DNA from: a virus
Virus record (IMG/VR): IMGVR_UViG_3300025138_000014
Coordinates: 32,001 to 96,000 of that record
Direction: 5' to 3' (one strand)
DNA length: 64,000 bases
A model generated the notes under the pieces. It had not been told where the DNA came from and did not search any database. It was given only the letters and a program-made list of their open reading frames with translations. The translations under genes and the position numbers were made by a program. Position 1 is the stretch's first letter; the number at the start of each line of letters is the position of its first letter. Shown in pieces: positions 18,081-27,791 of the stretch.

Positions 18081-19183
18081 TTGGTCAAAATCTATACTAT
18101 CTTAACAGTTCAAAATATGTGAGTAATACGAGCAATCTTGGAACAGTAATCGGTGAATTAAACTCATACTACCACACCAAAACTCCTAGAAATATAGTTA
18201 TTGTTCATATGCAAAATGGTGCACAACATATAGCCGGAGCGCATGAACACATTGCCAATGAAATTAGAGCAGGTGCTGCAGATTTAATTAGCTATAAGAC
18301 TTGGGACGAAGTTGACAATATTGATTATATTCAGAATAGTGAAAAAGCAATTATTCTGTTTGCTACAGTTGAAGATATGATAACAGTCTTGGTAAGATAT
18401 ACAGCTGGGCTTATAAAAGCGTCAGGTTTCTATCCAGCAGATTCAGACTTCCAAGCCATAACCAGTGCATTTGTAAATAAGATATTTGATGTTGACTTAA
18501 TGTTTACATATATTAATAATCACGAAATTGTTGCTGATATTCCTGGTCACTTAACTTCTTTTTGGGCAGGCGATACTAGACCAGCAGGTAGAAACACTCC
18601 TTATGAAGTAATTTTCCAGAATGGTAAAAACTTCAGCTATGATCTTTTGTTTTTCTTAAATGATTATTATAGATGTAGCGGAGTCCAAGGTTTAATTAAA
18701 GAGAAATTTACAGTTCATCAATCTACTATGGCACAAGATGTTATGGAACACTTTACATCACGTCGGCACTATATGGCTTATATTTTATCAGTCATTGATT
18801 GGATGAATGCAAATGTGTCACGTAACTCTCAATATGCTACAGATAAGAAACCATGGATTGTTGATGCTTATATCACTAAAGCCAATTCTGGCAACTATAC
18901 AGCTGCTTTTTATAAGCTGGAAGAGTTATGGAACCTAGTCAAAGATGATACGGCATTTATTGCAGCACACCAAGACAAAGCTGATTCGGATGCTACTGGT
19001 TGGGAATATATGGATTTATATACAGAATTTAAAAATGTATTTCCCATTGTCAGAAAAGTTTTACAGAATGATTTTGATATGAATAATCTTACTATGGAAT
19101 TAAGGCTTATTAATACAGACGTTCAGTTTTTCTCAAAAAGACAAAACAGGATCCCATACTTAATTCACAAATACCCTTTATAG
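18077..19183 (+). CDS. Hypothetical protein in the radical SAM operon
   Basis: 368-aa ORF with ATGA overlap; no recognised motif. Confidence 0.7.
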   Translation: MIGQNLYYLNSSKYVSNTSNLGTVIGELNSYYHTKTPRNIVIVHMQNGAQHIAGAHEHIANEIRAGAADLISYKTWDEVDNIDYIQNSEKAIILFATVEDMITVLVRYTAGLIKASGFYPADSDFQAITSAFVNKIFDVDLMFTYINNHEIVADIPGHLTSFWAGDTRPAGRNTPYEVIFQNGKNFSYDLLFFLNDYYRCSGVQGLIKEKFTVHQSTMAQDVMEHFTSRRHYMAYILSVIDWMNANVSRNSQYATDKKPWIVDAYITKANSGNYTAAFYKLEELWNLVKDDTAFIAAHQDKADSDATGWEYMDLYTEFKNVFPIVRKVLQNDFDMNNLTMELRLINTDVQFFSKRQNRIPYLIHKYPL

Positions 19184-19197
19184 GATTATAATATATC

Positions 19198-19962
19198 ATG
19201 AATGAAAAAACAGACATTGAAGCTAAGTGCTATGTGCTACCATTAGCACCTCAAGACTTAGTGGGAATTTACAAGCATAAAGAAACTGTTGAAGATTTTA
19301 CTTTATGGGTAGATTATTTAATATCTAAAGAAAAGCTATCAGCAAAACACATAATTATATATTTGGCTAATACTAATTTTAGAGCATCATTTGCGCAAAT
19401 TGATGATGATCTTATTCGTGAGTATATTAAATCAGATTTCATGGTAGATTGCCCTTTACTTGCAAGGATAGTTGTTCTAATAGTTAAACATTATTATAGA
19501 CATGAACCAAATGAACAAGAGCGTGAATTGTATAGTATATTCTCACCTTCAAATATTAATATTTTTATCAGAGATAATAACGATCTAGTCAAAGAGTTAG
19601 TTCGTACTATAGCAAGTGCTATACCATTTGTATTAAATAAATTTTATGATGGTCTTGACGAAGAGGGTAAAGAAAAAGAAATTAATATAAGAGAATTTGT
19701 AAACGATATTACTATAGCAGATAAACCATCTAATTGCGGTCCGAATATTGCTAGATTGCTCACAGTAGGTTTTGATGCATTCTTACTTATTATTCAAAAA
19801 GAAGGCTTGTCTATGGAATACAATAAGCAAGTTTATAACGATGCTCCTAAATTTCTGGGAAAAGATTTATATTTTATTTTCTGTAACACTAAAATTACAG
19901 ATCATATTATGGATTTCTTTCCTGACGACTGGATAAAATCATATGATAGTACATCTGAATGA
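19198..19962 (+). CDS. Hypothetical protein in the radical SAM operon
   Basis: 254-aa ORF; AGGA upstream; overlaps the next gene. Confidence 0.7.
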   Translation: MNEKTDIEAKCYVLPLAPQDLVGIYKHKETVEDFTLWVDYLISKEKLSAKHIIIYLANTNFRASFAQIDDDLIREYIKSDFMVDCPLLARIVVLIVKHYYRHEPNEQERELYSIFSPSNINIFIRDNNDLVKELVRTIASAIPFVLNKFYDGLDEEGKEKEINIREFVNDITIADKPSNCGPNIARLLTVGFDAFLLIIQKEGLSMEYNKQVYNDAPKFLGKDLYFIFCNTKITDHIMDFFPDDWIKSYDSTSE

Positions 19963-20965
19963 TACATATGCTGGATACTGGAATTTCAAAAAAGATAAAT
20001 CTCCAGTAAATCAGGCATTTTTAAGAACAGAGATCAACCTTGACATTCTTCACGGCTGTAGCCAGATGTGTCCAGGCTGTTTTATTCCCAGAAAAAACTT
20101 AACTGATCCAAATGGAATGATAGAACTTCATAAGTTGCTTATCAATGGGCAATTTTATCCAGATGAAATCACTATTGGTCCAACTGATATATTTGATGCA
20201 GAAAATTTTGATGAAGTTATGAGACATCCTGGGCTCAAACTTCTTTATGAAATATCAGGTGTCGGATATACAACTACTTTACTACAACATGAAGAAGTTG
20301 TAAAGAGAAAACTTGCTATGATCTGGGATATTTATCAGCACATACATAGAATGCCAGATATGGATTTCAAAATTGTATTTGATATTGACAAATATCTTGA
20401 TGGAGAACTAGATGATTGGTATAAAAAATTAGAGTTATTCAATCTAGGTTCCGTTCAATTTAGGGTAAACTACCATAAAGGTGTGTTTGATAGAATTGGA
20501 TATAATGAGTTATGTAAAAGAGTTAAAGAGGATTTTAATACTCCGATTATTATTACTCCAAGTTTCTTAACTGATAGAAATGTAAGAGGAAAGGTTGATC
20601 AACATCTTGCTTCATTTAGACAAGAGTTATTAGATCAGAAAATAGATAGAGAATGGCTTCAGTATTATACATTCTTTGACGCCGAGTTTAATGGACTTGG
20701 TTGCCAGAACTATTCTTTTTATAATGGAAAGCTATATACAAATCCATTTTTATATGATAATATAATCCAGAGAACACCTAAGTTTGAAACAACTATGGAT
20801 GAAAATACCCTGTTTGATAATATAGATTATGCTCAACAGGTAGATGACTGTAATGGGTGTGAATATATGATGAGTTGTGCAGAGCGCAATATTCACTTAT
20901 ATATGGAGTCACGTAATTTGGAATCATGCGTTGCTCTTAAAGAGTATATGTATGCCCCTCATTAA
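19943..20965 (+). CDS. Divergent radical SAM protein (GPTD family, copy 2)
   Basis: LHGCSQMCPGCFI, IGPTDIF, CNGCEYMMSC...C. Confidence 0.85.
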   Translation: MIVHLNDTYAGYWNFKKDKSPVNQAFLRTEINLDILHGCSQMCPGCFIPRKNLTDPNGMIELHKLLINGQFYPDEITIGPTDIFDAENFDEVMRHPGLKLLYEISGVGYTTTLLQHEEVVKRKLAMIWDIYQHIHRMPDMDFKIVFDIDKYLDGELDDWYKKLELFNLGSVQFRVNYHKGVFDRIGYNELCKRVKEDFNTPIIITPSFLTDRNVRGKVDQHLASFRQELLDQKIDREWLQYYTFFDAEFNGLGCQNYSFYNGKLYTNPFLYDNIIQRTPKFETTMDENTLFDNIDYAQQVDDCNGCEYMMSCAERNIHLYMESRNLESCVALKEYMYAPH

Positions 20966-22115
20966 AAATAATCTATTCTATGAATTAACTACAGAGACAC
21001 AAACCAAACCAGTATCAGCCGTAAAACTTCAGCTTGATGTATTAGACGGATGCCATCATAAGTGTCCGGGTTGTTTTGTTCACAGACGTGGTAATTCTAG
21101 TAATAAACATCAGTTAAGTGATGCTAAAAAATTCATAAGAAGTATAACAGACCAGGGTATTCTAGTTGATGAAATGCTTATTGGTCCTACAGATTTTCTT
21201 GCTTCAGAAAATTTCTATGAAGTTATGCCAGATCTGTTAGATATAATTAATGAAAATTCTCCTATTCTTGCATTTGTTTCAACTCTTATTGATGGAGACT
21301 TGAAGCGATGGACTCAATATATTACAGATAATATTAATATCAATACTGAAATAGAAATTGGTATTGCTACAAATCCTGCAAAGTTTTATGAAGAAGGCTA
21401 TAGACAACTGATTCAAGATAAGTTAGATTATATAGATAAGAATTTGGAACACGAGGTAACTTATACTTTTGTTGTAAATATTAGAGATTATGGTATTGAC
21501 TATGAAAAATTACATAACCATTCTGTCGTTTGTTTTAAAACGGTTTTAGACTTTGTTCCGTCTGTTAGTAGGTCACATAAGAATTACCTCATATTAAAGA
21601 TTTTAGATAAATTTAACGTGTTTTTTAATGAGCTAAGTGCTTATAAAGAAAGCAAAATAAATAACATTATGGTAGACCATTCACACGGTGGTCTGAATTA
21701 TACTGTTTTAAACTACAAGACAGGCAAGTGGTATTTAAGTCCTTTTATGTATGAGAACATGGCTATCTATGATGATATGTTTCATATAGATAATTTCAAT
21801 GATGTTACTGCTATTGTGGAGAAACAGATACAAAGAGCAAAAGGAACTGAGTGCGAAGATTGCCCTCTATTCTTTAGTTGCTATAATAGAAAAATTATAT
21901 TACTCAGAGATTATCTTGGCGTTGATAGATGTATTGCACCTAAAGAAAACATGATGGCACATATACATAACTACAACGGTCCTGCTCAGACTATGTATGA
22001 CTGGGATGGTTATTCAGTTGAGAACGATAAAAACGGATATAGAAAAAAGTTTTTAGTGACTCAAGAGAATGACCCAGAATTAGAACGACTCAGAGAAATA
22101 TCCTATGTTAAATAA
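20952..22115 (+). CDS. Divergent radical SAM protein (GPTD family, copy 3)
   Basis: Likely start MPLIKNN; LDGCHHKCPGCFV, IGPTDFL, CEDCPLFFSC...C. Confidence 0.85.
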   Translation: MPLIKNNLFYELTTETQTKPVSAVKLQLDVLDGCHHKCPGCFVHRRGNSSNKHQLSDAKKFIRSITDQGILVDEMLIGPTDFLASENFYEVMPDLLDIINENSPILAFVSTLIDGDLKRWTQYITDNININTEIEIGIATNPAKFYEEGYRQLIQDKLDYIDKNLEHEVTYTFVVNIRDYGIDYEKLHNHSVVCFKTVLDFVPSVSRSHKNYLILKILDKFNVFFNELSAYKESKINNIMVDHSHGGLNYTVLNYKTGKWYLSPFMYENMAIYDDMFHIDNFNDVTAIVEKQIQRAKGTECEDCPLFFSCYNRKIILLRDYLGVDRCIAPKENMMAHIHNYNGPAQTMYDWDGYSVENDKNGYRKKFLVTQENDPELERLREISYVK

Positions 22116-23241
22116 CGATTGGGCAGACATTGTAAATAACGGCAAAATGTTAGAAGAATATTCTGCAATTAGCCAAATGAAACAATACAAGATTCAAGTA
22201 ACTCTTGAGCTGCTTGAAGGCTGTTCTTATCTTTGCCCGGGTTGTTTTGTAAAACGTAGGGGTAATTGGCATCCAAAATCAATAGCATTATTTCATAGTT
22301 TAGCATATGAACTTAAAGATAGAACTGATATTGTTCTTGATGATATTGTTATCGGACCTACAGATTTCTATGGCGCAGAAAACTTAGAAGAAATACTTGA
22401 TGATCCTAGATTGGCTGATGCTATTCTTATGATGCCTGAGGATAATAGAAACATACAACATAACTGTTCTATTTTAGGTTCTCTATCTGAAAAAGATATT
22501 GAGAGTAAAATTAAGAAAGTTGAAAATTCTAGGCTGGGAGCTGTAGTTAAATGTTGGGATGTGCAAATTGCACTAGATTTAAATAGGTTACTTAACGATG
22601 ATGATTATAGACAAGCACTTGAAAATAGAGTAAAGATGTTTGAAGATAGTTCACTAGAATTTGAAATATCAATGGCAACTAACATTGTAAATAATATTGA
22701 AAGTATATTATTTGAAGCCATAAATTACACTAGAGAAAAATATTCTACAGTTATAGAAATACTTCCATCTGTAGTTAGGTCATTAAGTGCTAATAGCAAA
22801 CATGCCGTGAAACTATTTAAGTGGAACTCCATGCTTGATACTTTTGCCAAAGAGCCGGATTTTAAAAATAAGTTTCATTTCCTACAAGGAGATATATCTC
22901 ATAAGACTTTTCAATATGCAGTTGTTAATATACATTTTGGAAAGTTTTATGCTTCACCATTTATTTATGAAAATGCTCAGATTTATAAAGAATCATTTGA
23001 AATTAAAATTAATGATTCTATCCATGAATCTATACTAGCACATAAAGATGCAATTGTAAACAAACAAATAGAAAGTAGTGCAAATAAAGAGTGTGGTTCT
23101 TGTAAATATTTAACCATATGTTCTCATAGAATGATTCCACAAGTAATGGACACATTTTTTAAAGACCGATATGAGTGCATATTAAATAAAGATGTAATAA
23201 GTATCTGGGATTATGAGGTGTATCGTGGGAATAGTTATTAA
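22105..23241 (+). CDS. Divergent radical SAM protein (GPTD family, copy 4)
   Basis: LEGCSYLCPGCFV, IGPTDFY, CGSCKYLTIC...C. Confidence 0.85.
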   Translation: MLNNDWADIVNNGKMLEEYSAISQMKQYKIQVTLELLEGCSYLCPGCFVKRRGNWHPKSIALFHSLAYELKDRTDIVLDDIVIGPTDFYGAENLEEILDDPRLADAILMMPEDNRNIQHNCSILGSLSEKDIESKIKKVENSRLGAVVKCWDVQIALDLNRLLNDDDYRQALENRVKMFEDSSLEFEISMATNIVNNIESILFEAINYTREKYSTVIEILPSVVRSLSANSKHAVKLFKWNSMLDTFAKEPDFKNKFHFLQGDISHKTFQYAVVNIHFGKFYASPFIYENAQIYKESFEIKINDSIHESILAHKDAIVNKQIESSANKECGSCKYLTICSHRMIPQVMDTFFKDRYECILNKDVISIWDYEVYRGNSY

Positions 23242-24241
23242 CAATAAAAGAGCTGCCCAAGCAGATGCAGACTTTGATGTAAGTTTAGGTCAAGGACATG
23301 AAATAAAAGTCCAGTTCAATTGTGAGATATTATCTGGCTGTGAGTTTAAATGTAAAGGATGTTTTGTTAATAAATTAGGCAACAATGTTGGGTCATTTGA
23401 TAGGTTAAACAATGCCATTGATCTGTTTAGCGCAAATGGATATAGAGTATCAACAATTAATATCGGACCCACAGATTTATTCGGTAATAATAATGTTATT
23501 GAGTTATTGAAAGATGAAACCTTTCGTGAATGTTTAAGCAAAGTTTCTACTATACAATTCGTCACGACCCTAATAAACATTTCGTCAGAAGTAATTGATT
23601 TACTTAACAGCATACCTAAAATAGATGGGTTTATGTATGATGCAAACATAGCTTTACAACCACCAGTAAATTGGGATATGATAGAGGAACGGCTAAAACT
23701 ACTCAACGGTTTTACCGATGATCTAAATTATTATATGGTTTATAATATGGGTAATGATGACGAGTACAATAATAAAGTATTAGAAATGTCTGATATTGTA
23801 GATGATAGATTTGATTCTATTCTTACATTAAATCCATCATTCTTTAGAGCGCCAAAAAGTAAAGTACAAACACATCTAATTGAGAAGTGGAAAAATTATG
23901 ACTTTTCACCTGACTTATATCCAAAGACAATTATTGATAAATCGCAAGGTGGAAGTCTTGAACTAAATTACACATACTGTAATGGTAGGTTTTTCTGGAC
24001 TCCATTTGTATATGATATTGCTATGATCGGAACTAAGGAGTTTGAAGTCAAAGATGAGAACGATATTGAATCTTGGACTGAAGCTAAATCATTTCAATTT
24101 ATGAAACAATTAACGTATTCTAGTGAAACGGAAAACTGTGGTTCTTGCGGTAACATGATGACTTGTATAGACAAAGGGGTTCTAAGTTATATGGAACATC
24201 ATTCAATTAAATCTTGTGTCTTTCCTGGAGTCTTTTCATAA
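23213..24241 (+). CDS. Divergent radical SAM protein (GPTD family, copy 5)
   Basis: LSGCEFKCKGCFV, IGPTDLF, CGSCGNMMTC...C; the start may be GTG at 23225. Confidence 0.85.
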   Translation: MRCIVGIVINNKRAAQADADFDVSLGQGHEIKVQFNCEILSGCEFKCKGCFVNKLGNNVGSFDRLNNAIDLFSANGYRVSTINIGPTDLFGNNNVIELLKDETFRECLSKVSTIQFVTTLINISSEVIDLLNSIPKIDGFMYDANIALQPPVNWDMIEERLKLLNGFTDDLNYYMVYNMGNDDEYNNKVLEMSDIVDDRFDSILTLNPSFFRAPKSKVQTHLIEKWKNYDFSPDLYPKTIIDKSQGGSLELNYTYCNGRFFWTPFVYDIAMIGTKEFEVKDENDIESWTEAKSFQFMKQLTYSSETENCGSCGNMMTCIDKGVLSYMEHHSIKSCVFPGVFS

Positions 24242-25323
24242 TCAAATCCTGTTATAAGATTTTGACCAGTTTTATCCATGTAATTAAACCACATTCTCAT
24301 AATACAATCTGGTAAATCTCTCTCACGATTTTTCCAGTCCCATTGTGTATAGCATCTAAATCCACACTTGTTGTACCACTTACATGATAAGCAACCATTT
24401 TCATCCATATAAGCCTGCATCATGCCAGTATTATCTTTACGCTCAAACTTTGTATTAAAGTCCCTTTGATCGTATCTATCCCATCTACAATTAGATGTAG
24501 AATTATCTGGAAATATGGTAACTTTATTCAGAGCCAAACAGTGCATGTGATTAGACTCATTATAGATTAGATCCTTAATAGGGTTAATATCAGGATAGTT
24601 GTGATATACAAACTTTAGAAACTCCAGATATTTACTATCGGACGGAATCATATAATCATATCCACGGTCTGGAATATAATCGTCAAAATAGAAGTTGTCA
24701 AATTTATCATACAGATAATGAAAATACTCATCATCATCTGCCATGAACTTTTCTATACTGAGAGTAGTTGCTACCATATTAATTGAAGTAATATAATCAG
24801 CAAAATATTCAATGTTCTTTGCGTAGGGACCTTTTGTTGGTCTCCCGTCAAAGTCATAAGAGCAAATAATAAAGCTAGGTATATCAATAGCATTTAAATC
24901 ATCTAATAACTTTTTTAGTCTTTCTCTTTTACTAAATTGAAAAGAAGTAACCCACACAATTTTTATTGTTTGATCATGCTCGTCATAAATCTTTTTAACA
25001 GCTACTAGGAAATCATAATAATATGGATAAAACTCTTCCGATATTCTATCTTGAAATAATTCTCCTCCAAGCATATTGATCTGAATAATATCAGCACGAC
25101 CTTTCATCTTTATAACGTGTTCTTCAACCAATTCAAGCTTTGAAAATATACCCTCACGAGATAGTCCAACTTCAGACTTTTTATCATGGTGGCAGAACGA
25201 GCAGTTGAGATGACAATTCTCAAATAGAGTCATCTCAATCTCTGCTATATCAGGCCGTTTAGCCTCAAGCAAAGTTCTTGTAAAATCATATTCTGGGTTC
25301 GACTGAACCTTAGAGTTGATCAA
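24199..25323 (-). CDS. Radical SAM protein with SPASM-like C-terminus (paralog of 570-1589)
   Basis: LFENCHLNCSFC, GGELFQD, CLSCKWYNKCGFRC...C. Confidence 0.9.
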   Translation of the reverse strand: MINSKVQSNPEYDFTRTLLEAKRPDIAEIEMTLFENCHLNCSFCHHDKKSEVGLSREGIFSKLELVEEHVIKMKGRADIIQINMLGGELFQDRISEEFYPYYYDFLVAVKKIYDEHDQTIKIVWVTSFQFSKRERLKKLLDDLNAIDIPSFIICSYDFDGRPTKGPYAKNIEYFADYITSINMVATTLSIEKFMADDDEYFHYLYDKFDNFYFDDYIPDRGYDYMIPSDSKYLEFLKFVYHNYPDINPIKDLIYNESNHMHCLALNKVTIFPDNSTSNCRWDRYDQRDFNTKFERKDNTGMMQAYMDENGCLSCKWYNKCGFRCYTQWDWKNRERDLPDCIMRMWFNYMDKTGQNLITGFDYEKTPGKTQDLIE

Positions 25324-25717
25324 ACATCATTTCCTCTTCATAGTATTTCCTTATATCTGGAACCATTCCTCTGCTTTCATCCCAATCTTCAAGTACAATA
25401 TCTAGGATAGCATGATAAACATCTGGATCGGTAGTATATCTTTTAAAGTATGGATCGTTATTAAAAAGTAAATCTACATCATCTAGTGCGGCAAAGAAGT
25501 CTTCGTTAAAATCTTCGGAGATCCATTTAGCATAACAGATAGCCACGGCATATGATTTTGCTGGATAAAGCCAAATATCCACTTTCTCATAAAAGTGCAT
25601 GATTGCATTATTAATAATTTCTTCATCAATAACAATATCAACTTTGTTTAGATCATCTTCATGTTCTGTTACCATATGGTGAAATGCTTTTTGTCTTACT
25701 TTCCATTCCTGCATCAC
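25310..25717 (-). CDS. Hypothetical protein between radical SAM genes
   Basis: 135 aa, acidic; overlaps both neighbours. Confidence 0.7.
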   Translation of the reverse strand: MMQEWKVRQKAFHHMVTEHEDDLNKVDIVIDEEIINNAIMHFYEKVDIWLYPAKSYAVAICYAKWISEDFNEDFFAALDDVDLLFNNDPYFKRYTTDPDVYHAILDIVLEDWDESRGMVPDIRKYYEEEMMFDQL

Positions 25718-26769
25718 GCAACTCCTTCTAAATACATTTGCGATTCATCAACATAAGGTGTAATAGCATTTTCACTCATACCATTCATCTTTAATATTTG
25801 AGGTGCTAGTCCTTTCATCTGTTTACAATGTGCTTCAACAGTCTTTTCTCTTTTCATGTCACGTACTGTCTTTTTACAACCATTACATATTTCAAACATA
25901 GGACAACTAAAGCAAGACATTTTCATAGACTGAATATTTGGATCATGCTGTAACGGAGTTTGCATTTTTCCATTCATCTCTTCCTCAAAGTTGATTGGAT
26001 AATCCATATCATCTGCAAAAGAGCCACATGAATAATAATCTCCACCTGGATTAAATGCTCTAATTCCTTCATCACATTTTCTATTTTGCGGACAAGTTGT
26101 AGCACTTCCACCCAGCCGTCTTACCAACTGCTTTGTATTATATTCCCATTCGGTAAGACCTTGGTTATACACGTCAACGTAAATGGCATACATCTTACTT
26201 AATCTGTAAGTACTGCCTTGAACTCCAGAAGCCATAGCATAATTTAATTTACATTCGACATTCATTTCTTTAGCCAGCTTCACATTATCAATAGCACGAT
26301 AATCACTCATATCAGTCATAACGGAAATAAAGTCTGCTCTTTCACCGCAATACTTCAACATAGCATCTTGGCATCTCCAAAAGTCCTCTACAGTAAATTC
26401 GGTAAAATCACCTTTTAATCTACCACCACCAAATTGGAAAGATGTAGCAATACCCATTCGTTCGTGATTAAATAGATCAACCCACTTTTGTGGCTTCATT
26501 AAGAATGGCCATAAGTTTGTAGTGAAACTGATACTGGCTTTATAGTCATGTTCATCTAAGTGATCAATTAGATCCCAATAATATTTGGGCTTGACCATAA
26601 GTGGATCGCCACCATTAATAATTAAAGTATTGGTTTCTGGGTATCTTTTAAGGAATCTGTAGATATAATCTAAATCTAGTAACCCGGCTTTATCTGGGTC
26701 AATAGCGGTAGATGAACAGAATGAGCATTTAAAGTTACACGCTTCTGTAGGTTTAATAATTAGATCCAT
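25714..26769 (-). CDS. Radical SAM/SPASM protein (anSME/peptide maturase-like)
   Basis: IIKPTEACNFKCSFC, GGDPL, C..NRKC...NPGGDYYSC...CFSCPMFEICNGC...C. Confidence 0.9.
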   Translation of the reverse strand: MDLIIKPTEACNFKCSFCSSTAIDPDKAGLLDLDYIYRFLKRYPETNTLIINGGDPLMVKPKYYWDLIDHLDEHDYKASISFTTNLWPFLMKPQKWVDLFNHERMGIATSFQFGGGRLKGDFTEFTVEDFWRCQDAMLKYCGERADFISVMTDMSDYRAIDNVKLAKEMNVECKLNYAMASGVQGSTYRLSKMYAIYVDVYNQGLTEWEYNTKQLVRRLGGSATTCPQNRKCDEGIRAFNPGGDYYSCGSFADDMDYPINFEEEMNGKMQTPLQHDPNIQSMKMSCFSCPMFEICNGCKKTVRDMKREKTVEAHCKQMKGLAPQILKMNGMSENAITPYVDESQMYLEGVA

Positions 26770-27791
26770 TGCTTTTCTTCCGCTAGAGTCATCATCAAGG
26801 TTTTAGGTGCAGGACAGACATCATCCATCCAATAGAGTTGGTGACAATCAGATTTACAATATAAGAAAACTGGGCACTTATAACATCTCTCATCTCTATC
26901 GTTTATTTCTTCACTTATTGTGCACATTCGTGCAGGATTTAATTTTACTACCTCTGCTGGAGTATTTATAGTATCGTAATGTTTTGTTGGTGCAGTATTT
27001 GGACAACCCGCTACTGTTCCATCAGCATTAATAGTAAAAATTTTCTGCTCACAGTCACGACAAAAAGTACCAATACTAAATTGCCCATGTGAAAATTTCT
27101 TATAAACTGAGTCTAAAAATCCATTAAAGACATTATGATCTTTAGTTGTTTTGTGCATCTTCATCCACCAAGCATCTAATTCTCTATTATGTGGAAAAAT
27201 ATCAGTATTAATTTTAGCATTACCATCGTGGGTTAATCTCTCATAACTAATTTCATCAATGCCTATTGATTCCATATAGTCCGCTATCCATAGAGGTTCT
27301 AGTTTTAGAATGTCCTTAGATACCGAAATAAAACATTTCATTCTGTGACCACGAGAAGCTAAAAACTTTACATTGTTTTCCCATAGTTCTCTTTGTTTTT
27401 CATTAGAAAATCTAATATTTGGATCCCAGCTGGTTCCAATACTTCCGCCATCAATACATTCTTCAAGGAATGATAATCTTGCTTCATTTAATTTAAAAAC
27501 TAGATTGCTAGTTATTCCATGGGTACAACGGTCTCCCCATTGATCTTTAGTTATCCGATGAAATTCACGTAAATGATCCATTGGTGCAAGAAGAGGTTCT
27601 CCACCGTGATATTCTAAATGAATTTGATTTGTTCCGTTATCTAATTGATTGACCCAGTTAGCAGTCTTTATATGGTCAAAATAAATCTTTCTACCATTCT
27701 TACCGCTAGTGAAGCAATGGAAACAATTAAGATTGCAGGTTTCCGTTGTCTTCACATACACGCAAGTAAATTTTTGTGTCACTAATGCCAT
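26760..27791 (-). CDS. Radical SAM/SPASM protein (peptide maturase-like)
   Basis: KTTETCNLNCFHC, YHGGEPLL, CRDC...INADGTVAGCP...CYKCPVFLYCKSDC...CP. Confidence 0.9.
   Translation of the reverse strand: MALVTQKFTCVYVKTTETCNLNCFHCFTSGKNGRKIYFDHIKTANWVNQLDNGTNQIHLEYHGGEPLLAPMDHLREFHRITKDQWGDRCTHGITSNLVFKLNEARLSFLEECIDGGSIGTSWDPNIRFSNEKQRELWENNVKFLASRGHRMKCFISVSKDILKLEPLWIADYMESIGIDEISYERLTHDGNAKINTDIFPHNRELDAWWMKMHKTTKDHNVFNGFLDSVYKKFSHGQFSIGTFCRDCEQKIFTINADGTVAGCPNTAPTKHYDTINTPAEVVKLNPARMCTISEEINDRDERCYKCPVFLYCKSDCHQLYWMDDVCPAPKTLMMTLAEEKQWI

Noticed and set aside
16124-24241. Identification as the known His-Xaa-Ser (HxsABCD) system
   Set aside because: The repeat period is 4 (CHxS) rather than 3, and the adjacent GPTD enzymes do not look to me like HxsB/C/D. 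Treated as analogous only, pending an HMM search.
570-27791. Radical SAM genes as QueE (7-deazaguanine), NrdG or MoaA/PqqE cofactor genes
   Set aside because: No queC/queD/folE/dpdA, nrdD, moa or pqq partners are in the window; the SPASM-type tails and late context fit poorly.
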